From IMG/VR virus record IMGVR_UViG_3300044844_000428: DNA of 64,000 bases; one strand, written 5' to 3'. The translations under genes and the position numbers were made by a program. Below the pieces are notes generated by a model, which made no database searches, had not been told where the DNA came from, and was given only the letters and a program-made list of their open reading frames with translations. Source of the stretch: a virus. Below, one piece after another: positions 48,701-57,684 of the stretch (position 1 is the first letter of the stretch; each line of letters starts with the position of its first letter).

Positions 48701-50192
48701 AATAATAATTAGTAGATTTTGATAATAGATTAGTAAATACAATAGCAACAGTATCATTAGCAATAGTAACATTAGTTGAAGTTGCTATGTTTATAGTTTC
48801 TACAGTTCCTGCTGATGTTCTTAATACAAGATTACCAGTACCTTTAGCAATTGCTCTATTGAATTGAATCGATACTTTAGATGACACATCAATATCCAAA
48901 GAACCGTCTGATGGAAAATATGCAGTTGGTACTAATGCTGATGTTGCAGCAGGTTCACTTGTAGTAAATGAATAGTCAGAAACTCCAGCAAAAGAATTCC
49001 CAGTTCCATCTTGGACGCAAGCATAAGGTAAATCTATAATGTAAGAAGTGCTATAATTCAAATCCGTAGTCGGATTGATTGTCATTACTGCACCTGAAAT
49101 AGTTACCAATGAACTGCCAGGCATATCAAAGGTTTCTCTTATTGTGCCATTTGATTTCTTTAAGGTAATTGTACCAGTGTATTTTGTGACATTTTCACTG
49201 AAAGTTATAACGATATTATTACCAACGGCAACACCAGTAGCTCCTTTAGATGGACTATAAGAAACAATTGTAGGAGCAGTCGTATCAGTAAGAATAGTTA
49301 CTGGAGCAACTGCTGATTTTGCAGTCGGATATGCTACGGTGTTTGATGTTTCAGTTGATGACGATTTTAATAGTGGATTAATCGTTACCTGATTGATTCT
49401 AGTAGATAAGGTTTGAGCCTGTTTGGTTTGAGCCATTCCACTAGCATAGTACATAAATTCAGCAGAAGTTGAAATCTCTGCAGCATTATTGTTTACGCTA
49501 TCACATAAAAGGAATGCTCTTGAACCTGTATTGAAATGGATATCTGAATTGTTTGGAATCATAAATGTTCCAGCAATATAACCATTCTCATCGGTAGTCA
49601 ATGTATCTGATTTGGCAATACTAGCAACTGTATAGGTAACACTATCCCAAGTAAAAGTATCAGCAGCAGCCAAATAACCGTTTGCTGATGAACTATCAAT
49701 TGGCGATTGAGTGATGTAAATAGTTTTGCCTTTGGCAAATAATACATCGCAATTGCTATTCGTTCTAGCAAAAGACTTTGTTCTATTAGTATGAACAACT
49801 TTATTCAGCACTACTCTGTATGCAGGAGCAATATAAGCATCCACATTGATATTATCAAAGAATGCATGTAATTCAGTCAATGGTTTTAAATGATAAGCAC
49901 TGAAGTATACATTCTTAGATCTGATATTGGATATCAATGAAGTATCAATAACCTTTTCACCAAGATTGGTCTCAAAGGTAGATTGAGTAGACGAGAATTG
50001 TAATCCTACTTTAGATTGGGTTGTAGTAGTAGTTGTAGTGGCACTAATGTCCACACTTACTTTAGGAGGAACTTGAGCAGCTTGTAATGCCGCCGCAGCC
50101 AAATCTCTGGCAACAGTATCGACAGGATTTACTGGAGTAGTTGCAGTTTGAGTAGTAGTACTACTTGGGTTTGTTGCTGATTCTATTGCCAC
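45792..50192 (-). CDS. large baseplate-associated protein (DUF4815/VrlC C-terminal half) with Ig-like (Big_5) inserts
   Basis: TDENG...G.F.IP....F.TG.R.F, DPLAQTF, SSVDLFF, Ig-like DTTAPTIV..SP, final VPKIRDLRVMAL. Confidence 0.8.
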   Translation of the reverse strand: MAIESATNPSSTTTQTATTPVNPVDTVARDLAAAALQAAQVPPKVSVDISATTTTTTTQSKVGLQFSSTQSTFETNLGEKVIDTSLISNIRSKNVYFSAYHLKPLTELHAFFDNINVDAYIAPAYRVVLNKVVHTNRTKSFARTNSNCDVLFAKGKTIYITQSPIDSSSANGYLAAADTFTWDSVTYTVASIAKSDTLTTDENGYIAGTFMIPNNSDIHFNTGSRAFLLCDSVNNNAAEISTSAEFMYYASGMAQTKQAQTLSTRINQVTINPLLKSSSTETSNTVAYPTAKSAVAPVTILTDTTAPTIVSYSPSKGATGVAVGNNIVITFSENVTKYTGTITLKKSNGTIRETFDMPGSSLVTISGAVMTINPTTDLNYSTSYIIDLPYACVQDGTGNSFAGVSDYSFTTSEPAATSALVPTAYFPSDGSLDIDVSSKVSIQFNRAIAKGTGNLVLRTSAGTVETINIATSTNVTIANDTVAIVFTNLLSKSTNYYLDIPGTAIKDTAGSPVFWVGTTTYDFTTVSPSVVPSVQAVATSGYRHWAGSDTYDYILDFTTATGECGFDITTDMTGKSISAQLFWDGNKVPVAGTGGTIDKPCFVSTSDRPIDNKFWLSQKFTGATFATISQSVSSTNPLKYRFNKTKANPTTALLKITANGPFEWNQVLPASVTPIAGKANFKTSNITGDGDYFSPVSMDGITGWEHFNEGGWESLVLNGTFVHDNWKYKNAAGKTVYGDTSGFIAIPAGTKKLTYITRNSGTDSGNVTSITITPYGSSIVSSSAVVSNLIVTDINKIKTSYSGFPVTIPAGGNLTYDITFTWPFTYWKPTWDWNVETGLVGSITQSKFKKLSNWKDIAARYKENVVEVIRDYIFNTTTNAGGGFLSSWDMLIGYTNDDVLPNDLKIYMTSFIKSSIVQNDPLAQTFFIDSSNHPDGYFVSSVDLFFKQKSTTEDITVQIRPVINGFPSSSEIVPFAISSLTPDSVNLTSYPNATDSSSYTKFKFDSPIYLTPGTYAIVVISASKDYSIFTSTVGGFRLSDLDSRIAEIPYTGDLFKSSNSQTWLPSPYQDMCFVINRADFSASGTVAFKSDKPVNNYSLAYNTFQAVTHYNINDYIRVQSSTNTDRVYQVMNSGTSGASAPTHTTGTVTNGTISLQFIATATRWQDTEVPYDVYFAQGENVLFKNSEAKHYYKGTNSSGVLDTDFKEIMIGSNYEMESRKVLDSNVKDIYSKIELSTNDSKLSPIIDITRLSNVLVRNLINADTIAPDFVANTDVTSGDYIKVLVGTTYRMYLVITSGTTSTAAPVFVGGDILNGTALLRYVGETNNGDTELLPAGGTALSRYMTRKVVLADGFESTDIVVRFNAYTPIGSTVKVYYKAAFVDGNTTLEESPYHEMVLSERDANYAGSFVEHKFICDYGDNILPGVRYALPNKQRFNQFSIKIVMLSANTVVVPKIRDLRVMALDD

Positions 50193-50223
50193 TGTTTATT
50201 CCTTATGTTAAACTTTATAATAT

Positions 50224-53200
50224 TTATTTAACGACAGTTACTTGTGATTGTACATCTACTTTAGTATTCAATGATATTGCAGTAATACCAACACCAGTAG
50301 TTTGCCAATCTGACCAAACCTGACCATTACCACCAGTAATGTGGTCGAATTCACCGTTCAAGTTAACCACTGAAGTTGCTGCAGATGTAGTATCAACCCA
50401 GATATCTGTTGGAGGATCCATATCCATTACACCATTCCAATCGAATGAATTGAATGGTTGGACTGACTCGTATTCAGATGCTTCTGCTTGAGTAATAACT
50501 GGAACTTCTGAATATTCAAGTACTGCATGGTTATTCGAAATCAGTACTGAAGAATTTCCAGACTCATCTACCACATAATCAAATGTGTCTTTAACGTAAG
50601 CCGGTCTTAATACTCTTTGAACGAAATCAATGGCACAATTATAATAAGGACTGAATACATCACCAACACTATGACCAGCAAATGGATCAACCAGAATACC
50701 ATTTTTGAATTTATCAATACCAGGAACATCTGAAGGAATTGCTTCGTCTGTTGCTTGTTTTTCTAATAATGATAATGTAGCATAATATTCAAGTCTATTT
50801 ACACGCTTATCAATCTTTGCTATGTCCTTCATAGTATAGCGCTTATTATCAACGTATTCAGCAACAATATCTTTATAGTCAAATGTGTATGCTGGAATTG
50901 TTAAAGTGTATAACGTCATAGCATCACCAGCATCTGGTACTAATGGATATTTAGAAGGAATGCCTTTTATTACAGCAAAGTCTCTTGATGAAGATAAGAT
51001 TGCTACTCTATCGATACGAGGTAGATAATATTCATAATCAGTTGATAAGTAACTGCCAAAGTTTGGTTTCTTATACGAATCGAATAGCAATGTAGTAGAA
51101 CCATCTGTTCTTCTAGGTCTGAAATCAAGAGTATCCGAAAGTCTTAATATGTCACCACTTTGAGTTCTATAAACTGGAATTGTTTCATATTCAAGTACTC
51201 CAGTATAAGAATCGACTGTAAGCGGTCCTGTTCCGGTATGACTAAAATAATCAAATGTTATGGTTAAAGATGTTATTCTAGGATTGCTAGATTTTGGAGT
51301 AACTCTATCATTTACTAATTTGATATAAGCATGGTCATAATAAGCATCTTTCTGACCAGTATAGAATTCATATTTTGAAGTATGGTCTATTGACATATCA
51401 TCGATAACACTTACTAATCTATAACCATCAGCCTTCAATAATGAAATTGTAGATGAAGTTAATGATTCTCCAGATACAGTTAAAGTAGCATTGGTATTCT
51501 TAACTTTGTTTCTGTTATTAGCTACAGATTCGCCAATAATAGTAAATACATCCAATGTCAAGTTATAATCTATTGGCAGTGTTACTGTTGCAGAAGTATC
51601 GCTAGCAATATTAACAGTACCCGATTCTAATTTGATTATAGAACCAACTGTTGGGGCAGTACCTGTGCCACTTCCAACTGTCTTAACAACAGCATACCAC
51701 TGCGTAGCTACTGTAGTTGATGGTACGATTCCACTACCAATAAAGAACTGATTTCCACTTAGTGTAAATGAACCAACTGTACTGCCAGAAGATCTTGAAA
51801 AAGTCGTGCTGAGGAATTCCTTATAGTATTGGTAAGAAATATCAGTAGTACTAGTCAAAGGATTAACATGAGTCTTTACTGGTTTATTCAATAACGGAAA
51901 TAGTTGGGTATAATTCTGTGAATTGAATACGGTAACATCAGTAACAGTAGCACCAAGAATATCTAACTTGTCATAAGTTTCTGTACTATAATCTGCTTTA
52001 AATGTCCAAGTATATGTACCAGAACCAGTTTTGATAATAAACGAACGAGCACCACTAATAGTTTTACCAGTATTCATCGCTATATTAGTAATGAATAATT
52101 TGTAAGCATTAGTAGTTCCAGAATTCAAACTATCAAATGTCGTACCAAATACAGTAGCAGTACCAATTTTAGTATTGTTATATGTGGCTGAACTTGTAGA
52201 TACTGTTGTCGAATTATGGATATCCACAGTCAACATAGAATACGGGAATATTAATCCAGTAAGATTTTCTACTACAATATAAGGACCTTTATCTATAGTT
52301 ACTTGACTATTATTAAGGAATGCAGTAGTTCTTGCTTTATCAATTGATAAGGAAGTTTGTGCTTCTTTTTTAACTTCAAATCCTTTTATGTAAGCAGTAC
52401 CAGCATCTAATTTGAAAGTTGCTTTTGTAGTATTCGTAGGATCATCATAGACTTGACCAATGAACGGAACTACTGTATAATCTCCAGATTCATTATATGT
52501 TCTTTCAGCAATAAGATTTTCAAAATCAGATGTTTCTGGTTTATTTGGTGAAGATACTATGACACCATCTACAAGTTTATTTAATAGAAAATGTTTGCTA
52601 TTGGTAGTCAATCCAGAACTTGATAATGTTGTCTGAAGAATCAATTCCATCGAATGTCTATCAGCACCAGGAGCAGCATAGTTTGGTGAACCATAAGCAT
52701 TATCTAATAAAGATTCATCGTCGTTAGAAGTTATGATATATTCATTAGCAACCAAATAGATGTCAGATGAAACTTTTATGTTAGATAATGAAACTACTAT
52801 AATCTGGTCTTCAGCCTTTGCAAATACTCCACTCACATAGTATATGCTAGGGAGTAATCTATACAATAATGATTGACCATAAATTGTAGTTACTGTAGAA
52901 GATTCAACTGTCAATGAGTATGTAGAATATCCTTCAACCAACAAGGTCGAATTTTCTACAATAGCACCATTAGTTTTATCTACAGTAAAGATATAATCAA
53001 TACCGTTTATAGTTTCTGTATGAACTACTTCTTTTCTAATGCTACCAATATAAACAATCTTGTCCTTAAAGAAACTTAAATCTGAAGTTCCTGTGAATGA
53101 ATTGATAGGAATAGAATTAGCGGTTATGAGAGAAGTATCACCACCATGAACTTTGTATCCGTCAGTAAAAGCCCAATTACCAAATCGTTCAATCTGGTTT

Positions 53201-53328
53201 TGGATAATAGTCTGAAGTTGAGTTAATTCTCTTGCTTGAACCGCATAACCAGGTTTGAACAAGATCTTATGAAAATGTTTGGTCTCATCGAAATCATCAT
53301 AGTAGGGATCGGCCGAGAAATTAAGCAT
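50224..53328 (-). CDS. large baseplate-associated protein (DUF4815/VrlC N-terminal half)
   Basis: PYYDDFD.....KILFKPGYAVQARELTQLQ, APGADR, RTY.ESGDY, RYTMKDI, FKNGILVDPF. Confidence 0.88.
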   Translation of the reverse strand: MLNFSADPYYDDFDETKHFHKILFKPGYAVQARELTQLQTIIQNQIERFGNWAFTDGYKVHGGDTSLITANSIPINSFTGTSDLSFFKDKIVYIGSIRKEVVHTETINGIDYIFTVDKTNGAIVENSTLLVEGYSTYSLTVESSTVTTIYGQSLLYRLLPSIYYVSGVFAKAEDQIIVVSLSNIKVSSDIYLVANEYIITSNDDESLLDNAYGSPNYAAPGADRHSMELILQTTLSSSGLTTNSKHFLLNKLVDGVIVSSPNKPETSDFENLIAERTYNESGDYTVVPFIGQVYDDPTNTTKATFKLDAGTAYIKGFEVKKEAQTSLSIDKARTTAFLNNSQVTIDKGPYIVVENLTGLIFPYSMLTVDIHNSTTVSTSSATYNNTKIGTATVFGTTFDSLNSGTTNAYKLFITNIAMNTGKTISGARSFIIKTGSGTYTWTFKADYSTETYDKLDILGATVTDVTVFNSQNYTQLFPLLNKPVKTHVNPLTSTTDISYQYYKEFLSTTFSRSSGSTVGSFTLSGNQFFIGSGIVPSTTVATQWYAVVKTVGSGTGTAPTVGSIIKLESGTVNIASDTSATVTLPIDYNLTLDVFTIIGESVANNRNKVKNTNATLTVSGESLTSSTISLLKADGYRLVSVIDDMSIDHTSKYEFYTGQKDAYYDHAYIKLVNDRVTPKSSNPRITSLTITFDYFSHTGTGPLTVDSYTGVLEYETIPVYRTQSGDILRLSDTLDFRPRRTDGSTTLLFDSYKKPNFGSYLSTDYEYYLPRIDRVAILSSSRDFAVIKGIPSKYPLVPDAGDAMTLYTLTIPAYTFDYKDIVAEYVDNKRYTMKDIAKIDKRVNRLEYYATLSLLEKQATDEAIPSDVPGIDKFKNGILVDPFAGHSVGDVFSPYYNCAIDFVQRVLRPAYVKDTFDYVVDESGNSSVLISNNHAVLEYSEVPVITQAEASEYESVQPFNSFDWNGVMDMDPPTDIWVDTTSAATSVVNLNGEFDHITGGNGQVWSDWQTTGVGITAISLNTKVDVQSQVTVVK

Positions 53329-53369
53329 CTGTATTCCTTATCTGTAACAGTAAATTATAAGCGTATTTA

Positions 53370-55391
53370 TTAAAATTTTAGGATAGTTTGTAATGTTACT
53401 GTTTGGTCTGAAGTCTGGTAGAATGCTGACCGATTATCAATATACAATAAGTCGCCACTATATTTGTCAACTGTAGGTTCATAGTTAATGAAAGAAACAA
53501 AGACAGACATATTTCCATTCGTCAATGTAGTACCAGTTAGCAAAGTAGAATTGTCTCTTGGTTGCAAAAGTAAACTAGTAGAACTTTTTGCTATGACAAC
53601 ATACCCTTTACCATCCGAATCTGTAAGAATCATATCTTCTACCACAATACCATTCGATACAGTAGCATTAACAGAATAGCAAGCAATACCAAGTTTATTA
53701 TAAAATAACTGAGTAGAGTCATATTGAGTTGGATTCTTAATGATACCAAATTGGCGATAGTCATTATTCATAGTAAATCCAGTGCTATTATCTTGAGTAA
53801 TAGTAGAATAGAACATCAAGGTGCTAGCAAATAATCCAGATAATGCGTTCTTACCATGTCCATATTTTGGCGATATTATAGCACGAGCGGTAGGAGGAGT
53901 AGAATTGGTTCCACCATTTGGCGTGAGTATTATATTGGCGTAAGTATAATCAATTCCTCTAGTTACTATATCAATTGAAGTTACTACACCGTTAGTAATA
54001 TTAGCAGTAGCAGTAGCTCCAGTACCATCACCAGTAATATTAACAGTTATGTTAGAATAACCATAACCGCCATCAACAACTTTAATGTAATCGATAGCAC
54101 CATCAACTGTCAATAATTCGACATTAGCTTGAATGGTATCAAGTTGACCGCCAGTTACTATAGCAGTCAATTTAGCACCAGATCCTCCAGTACCAATTGC
54201 TGTTATTTTAGCATCTTTGTAACCAGAACCAGGATTATCAATAATCACATCAACAATCTGTCCAGATTCTACTATAGCAGAAAGTCGAGCATCTATTCCT
54301 GTGTCGCTTTGTATAGTAAGATTGGTTGCATTATTATTATAATCTTTGCCGGGATCAGTTATTACTACATGAGAAATAACTCCATTCACGATTGATGGAG
54401 TAAGCAATGCAGTAGCATTACCGGTAAATTTACCAGTACCAATTCCAGTCACCGTTAATGTGGTTCCTGATGGATATCCTGTTCCACCATTAGTAATCTT
54501 AACGGAAGCAATAGAACCATCTACAGTAGAAATATAGGGTTTTAATACCGCACCATTTCCTTTGACTTTTGCTCCAGTTAAATTGGAACCATTAGTAGCT
54601 GCAGTAAATATAGAACCAACAGCATAAGTCACACTAGAAGTTCCAGCAGCAGTATTCCATTTAGCTTGAAGTGAAGTAGCAGTTCCTAGATTAGTAATGA
54701 TATAAGTTTGTCCAACCACAAATGATCCATTTGATACTTCAGGACTAGTAACAGCAATTGCTGCAGTTGTGTTAGAAGGATAACCTGTTCCTGAAGTATC
54801 TATAGTAATAGTATCAATAGCACCATTATTATAGAAAATATTATTGATAGCATTAGTAATTGGCATATAGAACCCAGTAAGAAATTTGGCTCTTAATGCT
54901 AATGGAATGTTCATCATATATTTCCATTTGTAACCATCGCTAGTAGTAAATGGCAATACGTCATAACCAGTTGGCATGACTGTAGATGGAGAGTCGTAGT
55001 TATTGTCCAAACACATATAAAGATTATATGTAGAAGTTAGTACATAAAATTGAGCATCATTAATACTAGTAGCACCAGATTGAGCTGGATTATCTTCAGT
55101 ATATGAATCATCATAATGGTCATAGATTGTATCCAATGTCCAGTCTATTCTAGGCACCACATAACTAACATCATTATTAGTAATCTGTTTAAGTGATATT
55201 ATCTCGCGTCTTGTTGATAATTCATACTTGTAAGAAGTCAATGGAGTTTCTACTTGCTCAACTCCATTGACTAGAGAATAAGGTACAGTTTTGCCCAAGA
55301 AATAGTAATACTTAGACGATTTTGAAATTATGCTACTATAGATAGAATCTGCTATAGTATTATGCATTAATGGGCAAATTGCTGCTGTCAT
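53370..55391 (-). CDS. gp8: baseplate wedge subunit
   Basis: VVPRIDW, FYV.T..YN.Y.CLDN, DGYKWKYM, P..GHG, DYRQFGIIKNP, SGDLLYIDNR. Confidence 0.88.
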   Translation of the reverse strand: MTAAICPLMHNTIADSIYSSIISKSSKYYYFLGKTVPYSLVNGVEQVETPLTSYKYELSTRREIISLKQITNNDVSYVVPRIDWTLDTIYDHYDDSYTEDNPAQSGATSINDAQFYVLTSTYNLYMCLDNNYDSPSTVMPTGYDVLPFTTSDGYKWKYMMNIPLALRAKFLTGFYMPITNAINNIFYNNGAIDTITIDTSGTGYPSNTTAAIAVTSPEVSNGSFVVGQTYIITNLGTATSLQAKWNTAAGTSSVTYAVGSIFTAATNGSNLTGAKVKGNGAVLKPYISTVDGSIASVKITNGGTGYPSGTTLTVTGIGTGKFTGNATALLTPSIVNGVISHVVITDPGKDYNNNATNLTIQSDTGIDARLSAIVESGQIVDVIIDNPGSGYKDAKITAIGTGGSGAKLTAIVTGGQLDTIQANVELLTVDGAIDYIKVVDGGYGYSNITVNITGDGTGATATANITNGVVTSIDIVTRGIDYTYANIILTPNGGTNSTPPTARAIISPKYGHGKNALSGLFASTLMFYSTITQDNSTGFTMNNDYRQFGIIKNPTQYDSTQLFYNKLGIACYSVNATVSNGIVVEDMILTDSDGKGYVVIAKSSTSLLLQPRDNSTLLTGTTLTNGNMSVFVSFINYEPTVDKYSGDLLYIDNRSAFYQTSDQTVTLQTILKF

Positions 55392-55404
55392 ATTCTATTC
55401 CTGA

Positions 55405-55851
55405 TTAAGAAAGTGTTATTACCCAAGTAATTACAATTGAGTCACCTGCTGCTTTATTAACTACTGGGAATGTAGTACGACATAGCATAGTACCTGAAGT
55501 AAGTGCATTGAAGATACCTGCTTCAGTAATCGCACCAGTAGAAACACCAGCCGCAAATGTACCAACATAAGTTACTGTATTTGTATTTTGAGTTGCAGAA
55601 GTCAAAGCAATTCTAGCACTCAATGGTGTTTCTAATGCAGTATTTCCAATAACTGGACTAGTAACACCGGTACCAACGCCCATGTGGGTCATTACCCCAT
55701 CTGTAGTTCCTAATAATCTCGAAATCATCAAGTTTTTACCTGATGATACGATTAGATTAGGAATTTTTTTCTGTTCAATAAGTTGACCATTAACATCAAA
55801 TCTGTCAATAGTTAATTCACCTTTCATCGATATATTTTCTTGAGTAAGCAT
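55405..55851 (-). CDS. hypothetical baseplate/virion protein
   Basis: NLIV..G, M.VGTG, ITEAGIFN, R..F..VNK..GD...ITW. Confidence 0.8.
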   Translation of the reverse strand: MLTQENISMKGELTIDRFDVNGQLIEQKKIPNLIVSSGKNLMISRLLGTTDGVMTHMGVGTGVTSPVIGNTALETPLSARIALTSATQNTNTVTYVGTFAAGVSTGAITEAGIFNALTSGTMLCRTTFPVVNKAAGDSIVITWVITLS

Positions 55852-55861
55852 TAAAGTTCCT

Positions 55862-57682
55862 TTAGTTTGTTAATGATATAGAATAAATTGATCCGGCTTT
55901 AGAAATTATTGGTTCAATATTACTATCTATATACGCAATATCAGCATATAAAGTATCCCAATAATAGATTCCCAAAAATGTAAATGTGTCTGTTAAGTTT
56001 TTACTGAAATCTAATAATTCAGATTCTGATAATGTAGTGGTTTCTGTTAGATTTTTACTTAATCGAAGTGTTTCTGTTTCAGCAATAGATAAAGTTTCAG
56101 TTGTCAGTGACTTATATATAGCAACAGTTTCTGTTTCATATATAGCAACAGTTTCTGTTAGATTTTTACTTAATCGAAGTGTTTCTGTTTCACCAGTTAT
56201 GCTTACAGAATCGACTAACGGTTTACTTAATCGAAGTGTTTCTGTTTCAGATAATGATAATGTATCAGAAATAGATTTATTAATTGTAGTATATCTAGCA
56301 TAATCACCAATATCTGATATTGTAAGAAATTCCGTAATTGGTTTATTCAGTACATATTTATTAACATCGATCAGTCCAAATGAATCGTTTAAAGCAGTTT
56401 GAAAATACCGATTGACTAACTGTAAAGTACTAAGAACATTAAATTCATTATTAAATATCTGATTACCAAAAACTTTAAATCCAGATGGATGCAATAGCGA
56501 CTTTATGATATTTCTATAAGTATTGATAGATTCTACACAAGATATAACATAAGAAAAATCTTGGTAATAGTAACCATCTTGAAGGTAATATGCATCTGAT
56601 AAGAATCCAGAACTATTAGAATAGAAACCTGGATATCTTCTTATGGCTCCAATATTAACTAACAATACTGCAACTTTTTCATCATCCAATGTCGTTCCTT
56701 CTGGAACATCTATTCTAGTATAAAATTCTCTTATAGTTTCGCCAGAATATGAACCCGTAGTATAATCTAGTTCGGAATAGAAATTGGAAGAAATATATCC
56801 ACTATCAATAAATCCTAATGTTTGAGAAGTTAATTCTCCAGTTACTATCAATGATGGAGTTGAACCTGAAATAATTGTTGTATTGAAATCTGAAACATAA
56901 CCAGATCCAAAGTCCAATATTTGTATTTCTAGTAATTCTCCAATTGGTCCAACTTTAGTAACTTTTATTCTAGCATTAGCACCAGATACCGAAGGCAACA
57001 CGAATATCTGTCCAACATAAAAACCTGTTCCTGCTTTATATACTGTAATCTTTGATATGGTTTCTACCACAGTAGCACTCATATCATTCAATACTAAAAT
57101 ACTTCCAATGGATATTAAATCTCTTTGGAATTTATCAAGAAATACTTCATAATTACCATCATCAAGTAATCGTACTCTATTAGCAATTACTTTAATAGTC
57201 TGTTGATTAGTAAAAACAGATATCTGTTGGTCAATGATACTGAAAATGTCGCCAGAAGTAACATTTACCAGAACAGAAATATCTTGTGTCCATGTGCCAT
57301 CTGAAGTTTTCAGTATCTGTTCTTTTGGATACTTGATTTCAATCTCTGTATTATACAGATGGCGGAATAGCATTCTGAAAGATTCTTCACTGCCTTTAGC
57401 AGAATAGAATTCCTTGATATGCTTTAAAAAGTACCTGTCATTGACACTATTGGTTCTTGGTAAATTGATACCATATTCTTTCCATAGTTCATCAATAAAC
57501 TTATCAAGAGTATTATCAACATCTCTTATAGAATCAAAACTTTGTCCAATACCAGCAACCTGAGTATCGTTAAGATGTTTGTAGTATAATTCTACAAATT
57601 TAATGAACGCTGGATAGTCTTCCCTTGTAAACTCAGGAAACTGGTTTAAAATAACAGAAACAGCTGGTATTTTATAAGTCAT
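55862..57682 (-). CDS. gp7: baseplate wedge initiator gp7-like
   Basis: QFPEF....YP.F..F...YY, FYSAKGSEES, LQD.YYYQDFSYVI, HPSGFKVFG. Follows gp6. Confidence 0.75.
   Translation of the reverse strand: MTYKIPAVSVILNQFPEFTREDYPAFIKFVELYYKHLNDTQVAGIGQSFDSIRDVDNTLDKFIDELWKEYGINLPRTNSVNDRYFLKHIKEFYSAKGSEESFRMLFRHLYNTEIEIKYPKEQILKTSDGTWTQDISVLVNVTSGDIFSIIDQQISVFTNQQTIKVIANRVRLLDDGNYEVFLDKFQRDLISIGSILVLNDMSATVVETISKITVYKAGTGFYVGQIFVLPSVSGANARIKVTKVGPIGELLEIQILDFGSGYVSDFNTTIISGSTPSLIVTGELTSQTLGFIDSGYISSNFYSELDYTTGSYSGETIREFYTRIDVPEGTTLDDEKVAVLLVNIGAIRRYPGFYSNSSGFLSDAYYLQDGYYYQDFSYVISCVESINTYRNIIKSLLHPSGFKVFGNQIFNNEFNVLSTLQLVNRYFQTALNDSFGLIDVNKYVLNKPITEFLTISDIGDYARYTTINKSISDTLSLSETETLRLSKPLVDSVSITGETETLRLSKNLTETVAIYETETVAIYKSLTTETLSIAETETLRLSKNLTETTTLSESELLDFSKNLTDTFTFLGIYYWDTLYADIAYIDSNIEPIISKAGSIYSISLTN
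56040..56250. repeat. tandem ETETLRLSKNLT-coding repeats at the gp7 3' end
   Basis: TTTACTTAATCGAAGTGTTTCTGTTTCA three times; TATATAGCAACAGTTTCTGTT twice. Confidence 0.85.
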
Positions 57683-57684
57683 CT

